This document shows positions 8,915 through 18,424 of a stretch of 29,432 nt of DNA, in pieces. The translations under genes were made by a program, and so were the position numbers. How positions within the stretch are numbered: the stretch's first letter is position 1; each line of letters starts with the position of its first letter. The stretch is taken from sequence record DRR378314_107; one strand, 5' to 3'. The notes under the pieces were generated by a model. That model ran no database searches and was not told where the DNA came from. It saw only the letters and a program-made list of their open reading frames with translations.

Positions 8915-8951
8915 ACGGATAGTTTCTATATAGCGAATAGCCCTTCGCTAT
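8915..8951. promoter_or_regulatory. OxyR-type binding site upstream of the Prx-Grx gene
   Basis: ACGG-N7-CTAT(8926)-N7-ATAG(8937)-N7-CTAT(8948): three perfect tetramers at the ATAG-N7-CTAT-N7-ATAG-N7-CTAT spacing. Confidence 0.8.
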
Positions 8952-9400
8952 CAATCGCCCAGGTGGGCGGACAGCATCCAGGCGGCCTTCTCGTGGATCT
9001 CGATACGCTCGCTGGCGATTGCCGCGGTGCCTTCGTCCTCATGGCCGGCGGCCAGCTTGAGCACCTTGTTGGCGCGCTCCGCCACGATGCGATGGTCCGC
9101 GGTCAGCGTCTTCAGCATTTCCGTGGCGTCCGGCTCGCCCTCGGCGTCCTTCACGGAAGACAGACGGGCGAAGGCCGCGTAGCTGCCCGGCGCTTTATCG
9201 CCCAGGGCGCGAATGCGCTCCGCGATGGTGTCCACCGCCGTCGCCAGCTCGGTGTACTGCTGTTCGAACAGCAGGTGCAGGCTGTGGAACATCGGGCCGG
9301 TGACGTTCCAGTGGTAATTGTGGGTTTTCAAATACAGGGTATAACTCTCCGCGAGCAGTTTACTCAGCTCCTGGGAGACTTCTTTGCTGTGTTCAATCAT
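8951..9400 (-). CDS. dps: Dps DNA-protection/ferritin-like protein
   Basis: KTHNYHWNVTGPMFHSLHLLFEQQY...DTIAERIRALG...HEKAAWML. Confidence 0.96.
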   Translation of the reverse strand: MIEHSKEVSQELSKLLAESYTLYLKTHNYHWNVTGPMFHSLHLLFEQQYTELATAVDTIAERIRALGDKAPGSYAAFARLSSVKDAEGEPDATEMLKTLTADHRIVAERANKVLKLAAGHEDEGTAAIASERIEIHEKAAWMLSAHLGD

Positions 9401-9474
9401 GGTGCTCTCCTTTGCGGGAATGTCCGGATTGACTCCAATACCTTCACGCTAAGCCCTTGGGGTCGGAACCGCGA

Positions 9475-9511
9475 ACTCATTTTCGATATACTCGTCATAG
9501 CTTGGTGCAAT
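9475..9511. promoter_or_regulatory. Degenerate OxyR-type site upstream of dps
   Basis: ACTC-N7-ATAT-N7-ATAG(9497)-N7-CAAT, same register as the site at 8915. Confidence 0.5.
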
Positions 9512-9601
9512 CGAACCTTTATCCGCGCTTTGCAAGCCGCAAAGCCAGCGCTCATGATGCGCGTTTTCAGTGAACGGCGGGTTAACACTCAAGGAACGTG
9601 T

Positions 9602-10279
9602 ATGACGACACCTTCTACACCCTCCGCGTCTTCCGAGCCGGGTCAGCCGGACTACCCTCTGATCGAAGAGGTGATCAACAGCCTCACCCATGCCATCGGC
9701 CTGCTGCTGAGCATCGCCGGCACCGCGGTACTGGTGGCGTCGGCCAGCGTCCAGGGCGACCCCTGGAAAATCGTTTCCTTCAGCGTGTTCGGCGCCAGCC
9801 TGGCGCTGCTGTACGGCGCCAGCATGCTCTACCACGGCAGCCGGCGCCCGCATTGGCGGGCGCTCTACAAGATGCTGGATCACTGCGCGATTTTCGCGTT
9901 GATCGCGGGCACCTATACGCCGTTTCTGCTGGTCAATATGCGCGGCACCGTGGGCTGGACCCTGTTCGGCGTGATCTGGGGGCTGGCGTTCACCGGTATC
10001 GTTCTGAAGCTGCGTTTCGGTAACCGCTACAAACTGGCCCGGGTGGGGATTTATCTGGCCATGGGCTGGCTGGTGATGTTCGCGTCCGGGGAGCTGATGG
10101 ACACGGTCAGCCCGTTGGGCTTCTGGCTGCTGCTCGCCGGCGGCATCACCTATACCGCCGGCGTGGTGTTTTATCTGGCCGACCGGCTGCCGTACAACCA
10201 CGCCATCTGGCATCTGTTCGTGGTGGGCGGCAGTGTCTGCCATTTCTACGCTATCTACTACGCGGTGCTGCCCGCCTGA
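9602..10279 (+). CDS. Hemolysin III / PAQR-family membrane protein (YqfA/TrhA-like)
   Basis: EEVINSLTH, SMLYH, LDHCAIFALIAGTYTP, HAIWHLFV..S.CHF; start moved to ATG 9602 after AAGGA. Confidence 0.92.
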   Translation: MTTPSTPSASSEPGQPDYPLIEEVINSLTHAIGLLLSIAGTAVLVASASVQGDPWKIVSFSVFGASLALLYGASMLYHGSRRPHWRALYKMLDHCAIFALIAGTYTPFLLVNMRGTVGWTLFGVIWGLAFTGIVLKLRFGNRYKLARVGIYLAMGWLVMFASGELMDTVSPLGFWLLLAGGITYTAGVVFYLADRLPYNHAIWHLFVVGGSVCHFYAIYYAVLPA

Positions 10280-10285
10280 CGGGCC

Positions 10286-10762
10286 TCAGAGCAGCGCTTC
10301 GATGTCGTCGGCGAGCTTTTCCGGCTTGTCTTTCGGCGCGTAGCGCTTGACCACGTTGCCGTCGCGATCGACCAGAAACTTGGTGAAGTTCCATTTGATC
10401 GCCTCGGTGCCCAGCAGGCCCGGCGATTCCGATTTCAGAAACTTGAACACCGGATGGGCGTTGTCGCCGTTGACGTCCACTTTTTCGAACATCGGGAACG
10501 AGACGCCGTAATTCTTCTCGCAGAAGGCGCCGATTTCCTCGGCCTCGCCGGGCTCCTGGCGGCCGAACTGGTTGCAGGGGAAACCCAGTACTTCCAGCCC
10601 CCGGTCGGCGAAGTTGGCGTACAGCTTCTGCAGCCCTTCGTATTGCGGCGTGAAGCCGCACTTGCTGGCGGTGTTCACCACCAGCAGAACCTTGCCCTTG
10701 TAGTCGGAGAGGGGCTTTTCCTCGCCGTTGAGCGTGCGTGCCTTGTAGTCGAAAAGACTCAT
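10286..10762 (-). CDS. Glutathione peroxidase (Cys type, BtuE/Gpx-like)
   Basis: VVNTASKCGFTPQY, LGFPCNQFGRQEP, IKWNFTKFLVD; start MSLFDY at 10762 after AAGGAG. Confidence 0.95.
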   Translation of the reverse strand: MSLFDYKARTLNGEEKPLSDYKGKVLLVVNTASKCGFTPQYEGLQKLYANFADRGLEVLGFPCNQFGRQEPGEAEEIGAFCEKNYGVSFPMFEKVDVNGDNAHPVFKFLKSESPGLLGTEAIKWNFTKFLVDRDGNVVKRYAPKDKPEKLADDIEALL

Positions 10763-10829
10763 GGACCTTCTCCTTATCAAAGGGCGGTAACGCCGGCGGG
10801 CACTCAGGCCCGCCGGCCCGGCGGTGCGC

Positions 10830-11504
10830 CTAGTCCGAGTATAGCGCGTCCACCACCGCTTTCGCGGTCACTTCGCTGGACGGCGGGTTCTGACCGGTGA
10901 CCAGGCGCCCGTCGGTGACCACCTGGGGCTCGAACTTGCCCTTGTTGTGGATCTCCGCGCCCAGCTCCTGGAGACGGCTTTCCAGCAGGAACGGCATCAC
11001 CTCGTCGAGGCCCACTTCGCGCTCCTCTTCGTTGGTGAAGCAGCTCACACGGCGGTCCTTGACCAGCGGCACGCCGTTTTCGTCGCGCACCCCGACCAGC
11101 GCCGCCGGGCCGTGGCAGACCGCGCTGATTACACCGCCCTGGGCCCAGGTACGCTCCAGCACGCCGGCCACCAGCGGGTTGTCGGGCATGTCGAACATGG
11201 CGCCGTGACCGCCGGGCACGAATACCCCGACGAAGCCGTCTTCCCAGATTTCCTCCAGGGGGCGGGTGTCCTCCAGCTCGGCGATGGCGTCCTTCCACTG
11301 CTCTTTCTGCTCATCGTCGGGCACCGAGCGGGGATCGATCGGCACCTTGCCGCCGGTGGGGCTGGCGACACGCACCGGCACCTTGTTGTCGCGGAAAATC
11401 TGGTAGGGGATCGCAAACTCTTCCAGCCACAGACCGGTCTGTTGCCCCTGACCCATCTGCGATGCGCTGGTGACCAGCATCAGAAGTGGCTTGTCCAAAT
11501 TCAT
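10830..11504 (-). CDS. DJ-1/PfpI (Hsp31-like) type 1 glutamine amidotransferase domain protein
   Basis: TGLWLEEFAIPY, PGGHGAMFD, AVCHGPAAL, LVTGQNPPSS. Confidence 0.92.
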   Translation of the reverse strand: MNLDKPLLMLVTSASQMGQGQQTGLWLEEFAIPYQIFRDNKVPVRVASPTGGKVPIDPRSVPDDEQKEQWKDAIAELEDTRPLEEIWEDGFVGVFVPGGHGAMFDMPDNPLVAGVLERTWAQGGVISAVCHGPAALVGVRDENGVPLVKDRRVSCFTNEEEREVGLDEVMPFLLESRLQELGAEIHNKGKFEPQVVTDGRLVTGQNPPSSEVTAKAVVDALYSD

Positions 11505-11640
11505 AGTGGCTCCTTGTCGATATTCCGCTTGACGCTGACAGACGCGGCATCAAGATGTGATGAACTTCATTCGCCGTTTCCCACAGCGTGGGGGCGGCCT
11601 TCACCATTTCAACGACCGGCCCCGGACGGATACTCAAACC

Positions 11641-12993
11641 ATGAACTGGGAACAATTGCTCAACAAGGGCCGCCTGGGACACCGCGACGCCAAGGACGAG
11701 ACCGGCCGCACCGCCTTCCTGCGTGACCATGACAAGATCATCTTCTCCGGCGCCTTCCGGCGCCTGGCGCGCAAAACCCAGGTGCACCCGCTGGCCACCA
11801 ACGACCACGTGCACAACCGGCTTACCCACTCCCTGGAAGTGTCCTGCGTGGGCCGCACCCTGGGGATTCGGGCCGGCGAGCGCCTGCAGGCCCTCGGCCA
11901 CCTGCCGGAGGGCGCCGGCGCCACCGACCTGGGCGATATCGTGCAGTCGGCCTGCCTGGCCCACGACATCGGCAACCCGCCGTTCGGCCACACCGGCGAG
12001 CGGGCGATCCGCGCCTGGTTCCAGGAGCGCGGCCAGCGTTATCTGGACCTGCTCACGCCGGAACAGCAATCCGACCTGATCTACTTCGAGGGTAACGCCC
12101 AGGGTTTCCGCATCCTCACCAAGAGCGAATACCACCAGTACGACGACGGCATGCGCCTGACCTACGCCACCCTGGCCACCTTCCTTAAGTACCCCTGGCT
12201 GTCGTCCCGTGCCGCCGAGGGCGGCCTCAAGCCGGGCAAGTACAGCGCCTTCCTGTCCGAGGCCGACGCCTTCCAGGAGGTGTGCGCGGCCACCGGGCTC
12301 AGGGAGCTGGCGCCCGGCCGCCATTGCCGGCATCCGCTCGCCTACCTGATGGAGGCGGCGGACGACTTCTGCTACGCGATCATTGATCTGGAAGACGGGC
12401 TGGAGATGGACCTGCTGCACTGGGACGAGGTCTACGCCCTGCTGCAACCGGCGCTGCCGGATAACAACGAAGTGCGCCGCCTGGTCCATTCCGAGCTGCG
12501 CGACGGCCGCAAGGCGGCGCTGCTGCGCGGCAAGATCATCGAACGGTTTATCGAGGCGGGGGTCGAGGCCTTCGTCGCCAACCACCAGCCGTTGCTGGCC
12601 GGCAGCATGGACGGCGACCTGCTGCACCATTGCGAACCGGCGGTCTACGACGTGGTGGAGAACGCCAAGCAGCTGGCGCGCGGCAAGGTGTTCGAGCACC
12701 CGCGCAAGATCGAGCTGGAAATCGGCGCCTTCGAGGTGATGGGCGCCCTGCTGGACGGCCTGATCGAGGCGTCGCTGTCCCACGCCCGCGGCGCCACGCG
12801 CAACTACCGCCACGAGCGCATCATCGACCTGATCGGCCGCCACAGCTTTCCGGACGGCCTGGCGGACATGGACGAACAGGAGCGGCTCTACCAGTGCATC
12901 ATGCGGGCGCTGGATTTTCTTGCCGGCATGACCGACAACTACGCCACCTATCTGGCCAAGCAGTTCTCCGGCATGGCGGAGACGCGCTACTGA
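11641..12993 (+). CDS. dgt: Deoxyguanosinetriphosphate triphosphohydrolase (HD family)
   Basis: FRRLARKTQV, HNRLTHSLEV, LAHDIGNPPFGH, FEGNAQ, MEAADD, DFLAGMTD.YA; start MNWEQLL at 11641. Confidence 0.93.
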   Translation: MNWEQLLNKGRLGHRDAKDETGRTAFLRDHDKIIFSGAFRRLARKTQVHPLATNDHVHNRLTHSLEVSCVGRTLGIRAGERLQALGHLPEGAGATDLGDIVQSACLAHDIGNPPFGHTGERAIRAWFQERGQRYLDLLTPEQQSDLIYFEGNAQGFRILTKSEYHQYDDGMRLTYATLATFLKYPWLSSRAAEGGLKPGKYSAFLSEADAFQEVCAATGLRELAPGRHCRHPLAYLMEAADDFCYAIIDLEDGLEMDLLHWDEVYALLQPALPDNNEVRRLVHSELRDGRKAALLRGKIIERFIEAGVEAFVANHQPLLAGSMDGDLLHHCEPAVYDVVENAKQLARGKVFEHPRKIELEIGAFEVMGALLDGLIEASLSHARGATRNYRHERIIDLIGRHSFPDGLADMDEQERLYQCIMRALDFLAGMTDNYATYLAKQFSGMAETRY

Positions 12994-13006
12994 AGCACCG
13001 GGCCCG

Positions 13007-13780
13007 CTAAAGCCGCAGCGCTTCGAGCTGCTTGGTAAGGGCCTGGCTGAACGCGTCCGGCTGCTCCCACTGGGGGAAATGGCCGGGGTACGCCAGCACC
13101 GTTTCGGTGACGCGGCCGGCGCAACGCTGGCGCGCGGCTTCCGGAATCATTTCGCCGTTGATCGCGAACAGCGGCGCGGTCACGGCGGCGAACGCGGGCT
13201 CCGGGTTCCAGCGCAACAGGTCGCCCCACAGGGGCAGCATTTTATCGGCGGGCGCGGAGGCCATCTGGCCGCCGAGCGCCTGTTTGCGGTGCTCCGGCAT
13301 GGCGTCGGAGGTGTTGGCGTCCACCAGCCTGCCCACCGCCGCCGGGAAATCCTCGTGGAAGCCGCGCTCGATGCCGGCGGCGTCGTCCTCGGACAGATCG
13401 CCGTAGGGAATGATGAAGGTGTCGACGAACACCACGGCGGCCACGGATTCCAGCAGCGCCGCCGCCTCCAGGGCCACGGCGCCGCCCATGGAGTGGCCCA
13501 CCAGCACCACCCGGCCTGGCCGCCGGGCACGCACCAGGTCGGCGATATCCCGCGCCATGCCCGCCACCGTCCAGGTGCCCGGGGTCGCGGCGGAGTCGCC
13601 ATGGCCGGGAAGATCCGGCGCCAGAAAACTCACCGTCTCCGGCGCGCTGTCCAGGTAGGCGTGCCAGTCGCCGCGCCGGCAGCACCAGCCGTGCACCAGC
13701 ACCACCAGGGTGTCGCCGGCGCCGTTCTTCTCGGTGGCCGCCAGCCGGCGCCCGTCACTCAGTATGACTTCCCGTTCCAA
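13007..13780 (-). CDS. Alpha/beta-fold hydrolase
   Basis: VHGW, DLPGHGDS, GHSMGG nucleophile elbow, GHFPQWE; likely TTG start at 13780 after AGGGGG. Confidence 0.88.
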   Translation of the reverse strand: MEREVILSDGRRLAATEKNGAGDTLVVLVHGWCCRRGDWHAYLDSAPETVSFLAPDLPGHGDSAATPGTWTVAGMARDIADLVRARRPGRVVLVGHSMGGAVALEAAALLESVAAVVFVDTFIIPYGDLSEDDAAGIERGFHEDFPAAVGRLVDANTSDAMPEHRKQALGGQMASAPADKMLPLWGDLLRWNPEPAFAAVTAPLFAINGEMIPEAARQRCAGRVTETVLAYPGHFPQWEQPDAFSQALTKQLEALRL

Positions 13781-14165
13781 GTTGTTTCCCCCTAAGCGGA
13801 TAAAAGGCTCGATGCGCCAGCGGACGGCGCCGCCAGTCGCCATGGTGCAGTGGCCGCCCGGCCGGGGCGCTGGCGCGCAGGTACACCCAGGCGCGCCCCC
13901 AGGGCGTGTCGATCAGGCGCCGCTGGTAGTCAGCCGGATAGCCCTCAAGCACGTCCAGGCGCTGCAGAATCAGGCGGCTGATCCGATAGACCTCGCCGGT
14001 CACGGCGGTGCGGGTGCGGCCACCCGACGACAGCACCGGGTAAGGGCCCAGATCGGTCAGCGTGAAGCGTGGCGGCGTGGTCCACCGGCCGAGACATGAC
14101 GCGCCCTTCAGCCAGGCGTGGTTGCTCTCCCCGGCCAGCAGCGTGCCGTAGACAAACACTCTCAA
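13755..14165 (-). CDS. Gamma-glutamylcyclotransferase (YtfP/AIG2-like) family protein
   Basis: VFVYGTL, LGPYP, VTGEVY, LDVLEG, AWVY, GDW; likely TTG start at 14165 after GGAG (ORF track start 14231). Confidence 0.85.
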   Translation of the reverse strand: MRVFVYGTLLAGESNHAWLKGASCLGRWTTPPRFTLTDLGPYPVLSSGGRTRTAVTGEVYRISRLILQRLDVLEGYPADYQRRLIDTPWGRAWVYLRASAPAGRPLHHGDWRRRPLAHRAFYPLRGKQLGTGSHTE

Positions 14166-14317
14166 GAAAACGTCTCCACCCGTGACGGCAGCGTAATTCG
14201 CGGTGTCGGCATTTTGCGGTCGGTAGTCCAATCGTTACGTTGACGCGGCGGCGACGCCGGCGCGCTTTGTTTTGTGACATAGTTGGTCGCGGGGGACAAG
14301 AACACATTGGGGGTTTT

Positions 14318-15493
14318 ATGGAAGGTTCGGGCAGGCTGCCTTACACCGGGGCGGGCCATCAGGCGCTTCTGGATACGCTTTACGCCACACCCACGGATCA
14401 GTCGCTCTGGCGCGGCTTTCTCCAGCAGCTGGTCGCCGTCAGCCAATCCCGGTCGGCCCGCCTGCTGGTGCTCGACAAGGCGGCGGAGACGGTGCGCTCC
14501 AGCAGCAAAATCAATATCGACGACCGCGCCCACCAGAACTACGTGGATCATTTCGTCAACACCTGCCCCTGGCGACCGGAACTGAAGGAGAAGCCCGCCG
14601 GCCGCCTGTACTCCACCTACCTGGATTTTTCCTGCCGTCAGCGTCGTTTTTACAAGACCGAGTTCTATAACGACTGGGCCCGCAAGCTGGATATCCACCA
14701 CGGCGTCTGCGGTACCGTCTACCAGACCGATGAATACACCATCCAGCTGCTGGTGCAGCGCACCGGCGGACAGGGCCCCTACGAGGCCCAGGACACCGCC
14801 TGGTTCAATGAACTGGTGCCCCATGTGCGCCGGGCCATCGATCTGACCCGCCATCTCCATCAACTGGAATGGAGCAGCCGCGGTGGCCGGCTGGCCGGGC
14901 ACCGGCCGTACGCGGTGCTGGGCCACGGCGGCCGGGTGGCATTCCTTTGCGACCGGGCCCAGGCGCTGATCGCCAAGGAGGAGGCGCTGAGCTGTCGGCA
15001 TGGGCGTCTGGCACCGAAACGGCAGGACCTCCGCGAGCGTTTCATGGCGCTGGTGAACGAGGTGATCGTCGGCGCGGGCCGGGACTGGCGCCACCCGGGA
15101 GGTGCCGTCACCCTGCCCCGGCGCGGCGGCGGCCAGCTGGTGTGCATGGTCAGCCCGATGGCACCGGAAAACAGCGCCGCTCTGCTGGCGCCGGAAGGTC
15201 GCGCGCTGGTGTACTTTCATGCGCCCGAGTACGAAGGCGCCGTGGACGAGGGGCAGATCGCCGAGCTGTTTGATCTGACCCCGGCGGAAGCCCGCGTGGC
15301 CCGGGCCATCGCCGAAGGCGGCGACCTCAAGACCCTGGCGGCCGGTCTGTCGTTGTCGGTGGATACGCTGCGCGGGCAGCTGAAGTCGGTGTTCCGGAAA
15401 ACCGGCACCCGCCGGCAGAACGAACTGGCGGCGAGGATTCTCCGCTCGCCGGCCCTGCGCGCCGCGGAAACGCTGCCGATCAAACTGTCCTAG
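14318..15493 (+). CDS. LuxR-type HTH regulator with N-terminal sensor (GAF/PAS-like) region
   Basis: C-terminal FDLTPAEARVARAIAEG...LSVDTLRGQLKSVFRKTGTRRQNEL; EFYNDW and LVPHVRRA motifs typical of this class. Confidence 0.88.
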   Translation: MEGSGRLPYTGAGHQALLDTLYATPTDQSLWRGFLQQLVAVSQSRSARLLVLDKAAETVRSSSKINIDDRAHQNYVDHFVNTCPWRPELKEKPAGRLYSTYLDFSCRQRRFYKTEFYNDWARKLDIHHGVCGTVYQTDEYTIQLLVQRTGGQGPYEAQDTAWFNELVPHVRRAIDLTRHLHQLEWSSRGGRLAGHRPYAVLGHGGRVAFLCDRAQALIAKEEALSCRHGRLAPKRQDLRERFMALVNEVIVGAGRDWRHPGGAVTLPRRGGGQLVCMVSPMAPENSAALLAPEGRALVYFHAPEYEGAVDEGQIAELFDLTPAEARVARAIAEGGDLKTLAAGLSLSVDTLRGQLKSVFRKTGTRRQNELAARILRSPALRAAETLPIKLS

Positions 15494-15499
15494 CGCCGC

Positions 15500-16399
15500 T
15501 CAGTCGATCAGCGGCAGCCGGTGCTCCAGGGTGGCGGCCCGCACCGCGTCGGGGATGCGGATTTCCGTGGCCAGGGGCAGATGGTCGGAAAGCAGGCAGT
15601 CGGTGAGCACCCGGCTGTGGCTGACCTCCAGCTCGGGGGACGCCAGGATATGATCGATGTGCCGGTCCGGGGCCCAGCTCGGGAAGGTGTTCAGGTCGCC
15701 CTCCACGGCGCGCAGGCCCAGCTCCGCCAGCGGCGAACTGCCCAGGTGCTCCAGCCGGCAATTGAAATCACCCACCACCACGGCGTAACGAAACGGCGAC
15801 AGCAGGCGGGTGATGTAGGCCAACTGGGTGTTGCGCATTTTCTCGCCCAGCGCCAGGTGCACCACCGCCAGCACCAGCGGCTCCACCGGGTGGCCGAACT
15901 TGACCAGGATCACGCCGCGCCCGGGCAGGCCGGGGAGGATGTGGTCCTCCACGGAATAGGGCGTCAGGCGGCTCAGAAAGCCGTTGCTGAACTGGCCCAG
16001 CCGGCCCAGGTTGCGGTTGAGTTGCTGATGCCAGAAGGGGAAATCGGCCAGGGACGCCAGATGCACCAGCTGATTCACGTTGCGTGAACGCAAACTGCCG
16101 CCATCCACCTCCTGCAGGCCGACCACATCGAAATGGCGAACCACATCGGCGATCTGCTCGATGGTCTCGACACTGCGCGGGTGCGCCACCAGATGCTTCC
16201 AACTGCCGGTGAAATACTCCCGGAACCGGCTGGTGCCGATGCCCGCCTGAATGTTGAAGCTCAGCAGCCTGAGGGTGTCATCCGGCAGGGTGACCTCGCG
16301 CACCCGGCGGGTGCGGCGGTGGCCTTCGCGTACGAAGGAAAACCCGGCGGGCCGGGTTTTCCAGGACTGGTACGCGGTTCGCGCGCGCTCCAACAGCAT
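15500..16399 (-). CDS. Endonuclease/exonuclease/phosphatase (EEP) family protein
   Basis: LLSFNIQ, GLQEVD, VVHL, GDFN, IDHI, SDHLP; directly follows dsbA. Confidence 0.92.
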   Translation of the reverse strand: MLLERARTAYQSWKTRPAGFSFVREGHRRTRRVREVTLPDDTLRLLSFNIQAGIGTSRFREYFTGSWKHLVAHPRSVETIEQIADVVRHFDVVGLQEVDGGSLRSRNVNQLVHLASLADFPFWHQQLNRNLGRLGQFSNGFLSRLTPYSVEDHILPGLPGRGVILVKFGHPVEPLVLAVVHLALGEKMRNTQLAYITRLLSPFRYAVVVGDFNCRLEHLGSSPLAELGLRAVEGDLNTFPSWAPDRHIDHILASPELEVSHSRVLTDCLLSDHLPLATEIRIPDAVRAATLEHRLPLID

Positions 16400-16421
16400 T
16401 CAGCTTGAACTCCCGAAAGGG

Positions 16422-17060
16422 CTAGCGGCGTTCCTTCTTCACCAGGAAGTCGATCACGTCGAACATTTCCTGATTGTTACGCAGGCCGTCGCGAAGAATC
16501 AGATACTTCCCGTTGACCACGAAGGACGGTACGCCGCGGATCTGGTAGTCGCGGGCCAGCGCGTCGGTCTGACGCAGCTTGGTGGACACCCCGAAAGAGC
16601 TGTAGAGCTGGTTGAACTCATCCTCTTCCACGCCGTATTTGGCGAAGAAGTCGGCCAGCGCGGTGGGGGTGAACAGCGGCTCCCGGTGCTTGTGAATGGC
16701 GTCGAACAGGGGTTTGTGGATCTCATCCACCTTGTCGAGGATGTCCGCCACATAGTAGGCGCGGGCCAGGGGCTCCGCGTTCTGCAGGAAGGTCACCGGC
16801 GAGCGGACGTAGTTAACGTGCTCCGGCTTGTCTTCCAGCCAGTCCTCGATCACCGGCTCCAGACTGAAGCAATGCGGGCAGATGTAGGAGAAGAACTCGC
16901 GCACTTCCACCTGACCGGGCTCGTCCACATTGCCGGGATTATCCAGAACCTTGTAGTGGGTCCCTTCCGCGTAGCGGGCGTGCTCGCCGCCGGATTCCTG
17001 TGCCCAGGCCGCCGCCGTCAGAGTCAGGCCGAGCAGCACCGCCATAACCGTTCGCAACAT
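16422..17060 (-). CDS. dsbA: Thiol:disulfide interchange protein DsbA
   Basis: Signal peptide, EFFSYICPHC, GVPSFVVNGKY. Confidence 0.95.
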   Translation of the reverse strand: MLRTVMAVLLGLTLTAAAWAQESGGEHARYAEGTHYKVLDNPGNVDEPGQVEVREFFSYICPHCFSLEPVIEDWLEDKPEHVNYVRSPVTFLQNAEPLARAYYVADILDKVDEIHKPLFDAIHKHREPLFTPTALADFFAKYGVEEDEFNQLYSSFGVSTKLRQTDALARDYQIRGVPSFVVNGKYLILRDGLRNNQEMFDVIDFLVKKERR

Positions 17061-17196
17061 GAGGTTCTCCTTGTTGTTGGCTGTTCCACTTTGATCGTGG
17101 CAGATAGGACCGTGATAACGCGAAAACGCTCCCCACGGTCACGGAAAGTTGCATTATTACCGCATTGGCGCCGTCTTGCCCATGAACGGCGGCCAC

Positions 17197-17223
17197 AAAA
17201 AAGGCAGCCGGAGGCTGCCTTTT
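17197..17223. terminator. Rho-independent terminator after cytochrome c4 (possibly bidirectional)
   Basis: AAAAAAGGCAGCC-GGA-GGCTGCCTTTT. Confidence 0.85.
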
Positions 17224-17247
17224 CGCTGAACGCCGATCAACAGCGGG

Positions 17248-17904
17248 TTATTCGTCGCTGTCGCGCTCCGGCGCGGAGAGACCCGCCACGAAGCTGGAGA
17301 CCGCCTGGATCTGGGCGTCGCTCATCTTCGCCGCCAGGGTGCGCATCATCGCCTGGGGATCGTTGTCACGCTTGGCCATGTCGCCGATGTCCTCGCGGCC
17401 GACGGCGCGGAACGCTTTCAGCTGGCTTTCCGTGTAGGCGGGCTGCTGGCCGGCCAGTGCCGGGAAACCGGCGGCGTCGACGCCCTGACCGGCGGGGCCG
17501 TGACAACCGGCGCAGGCGGGGATGCCCTGCTCCACGTCGCCACCGCGATAGATACGCTCGCCCATTTCCACCAGGTCCGGCTTCACCTGGCCGGTTTTCA
17601 CGGACTGCTCGGTGAAGAAGGCGGCCAGGTCCTGCATGTCCTGCTCGCTCAGATTGGCGGCCTGGCCCTGCATGATGGCGTTCTCGCGCTCACCGGATTT
17701 GTAGGCCTTAAGCTGCTTGATCAGGTAGCGCTCGCCCTGCCCCGCCAGACTCGGGTACTGGCCGGAGGGGGAATTGCCGTCCGGGCCATGGCAGGCCGCG
17801 CATACCTGGGCTTTCTCTTTACCGGCTTCCGGGTCGCCCTCGGCCAGGGCGAAGGGGGTGGCCACCACGGCAGCCAACAGCACGAACAGCTTGAAACACT
17901 TCAT
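17248..17904 (-). CDS. Diheme cytochrome c4
   Basis: Signal peptide, CAACH and CAGCH heme motifs, P.LAGQ..Y...QL repeated twice. Confidence 0.94.
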   Translation of the reverse strand: MKCFKLFVLLAAVVATPFALAEGDPEAGKEKAQVCAACHGPDGNSPSGQYPSLAGQGERYLIKQLKAYKSGERENAIMQGQAANLSEQDMQDLAAFFTEQSVKTGQVKPDLVEMGERIYRGGDVEQGIPACAGCHGPAGQGVDAAGFPALAGQQPAYTESQLKAFRAVGREDIGDMAKRDNDPQAMMRTLAAKMSDAQIQAVSSFVAGLSAPERDSDE

Positions 17905-17927
17905 GGCCTTTCCTTCAAGAGCAGGGA

Positions 17928-18224
17928 TTACTTGGTCATGTATTCAATAAGAGCACGATAATCTTCTTTGGAGCAGTCGCCGCACATGCCGCCCGGGGGC
18001 ATGGCGTTGTAGCCCTCCTCGACGTGCTTGACCAGCGTGTCCATGCCTTTGTCCATGCGCGGCTTCCAGGCGGCCTGGTCCCCGGTTTTGGGGGCGCCGG
18101 CGGCACCGCTGGCATGGCAGTAGGTGCAGCTCTGATCATAGAGCTCTTTGACGGATTCGGCCTGGGCACCGGCCGACAGGCTCATAGCGATGGCGAGGGC
18201 GAGCCCCGTGGCAAAACCTTTCAT
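17928..18224 (-). CDS. Monoheme cytochrome c5-family protein
   Basis: Signal peptide, CTYCH, GAAGAP, AMPPGGMCGDC; start MKGF at 18224. Confidence 0.92.
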   Translation of the reverse strand: MKGFATGLALAIAMSLSAGAQAESVKELYDQSCTYCHASGAAGAPKTGDQAAWKPRMDKGMDTLVKHVEEGYNAMPPGGMCGDCSKEDYRALIEYMTK

Positions 18225-18424
18225 GTGAATCTCCCCATGAGCTGGCGACATGCTGGCTTACTCAGGCGTCGGCGCCGAATTTGCCTTTGCACACAAACAC
18301 CTGTAGAACGTCGGCCGCACGGCGAACGCGCGACGGCGCGCATTATATACTAGAGGTTCGCTCCCGTCATATGCCTTATTAAAGGCGCGGGTATTCGCTG
18401 TCCGCGCTCACTGAGAGACCGATA

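Noticed and set aside
8963-9601. N-terminal extension of the hemolysin-III ORF
   Set aside because: Overlaps dps on the opposite strand; family similarity and an RBS point to ATG 9602
10286-10762. Selenocysteine glutathione peroxidase
   Set aside because: The active-site codon is TGC (Cys); no in-frame TGA
11641-12993. dGTPase as an antiphage nucleotide-depletion system
   Set aside because: Ordinary codon style, housekeeping neighbours and no defence-island context
13755-13850. Frameshift or pseudogene at the GGCT/hydrolase overlap
   Set aside because: Both catalytic cores are intact; using the TTG start at 13780 leaves only a 26-nt overlap
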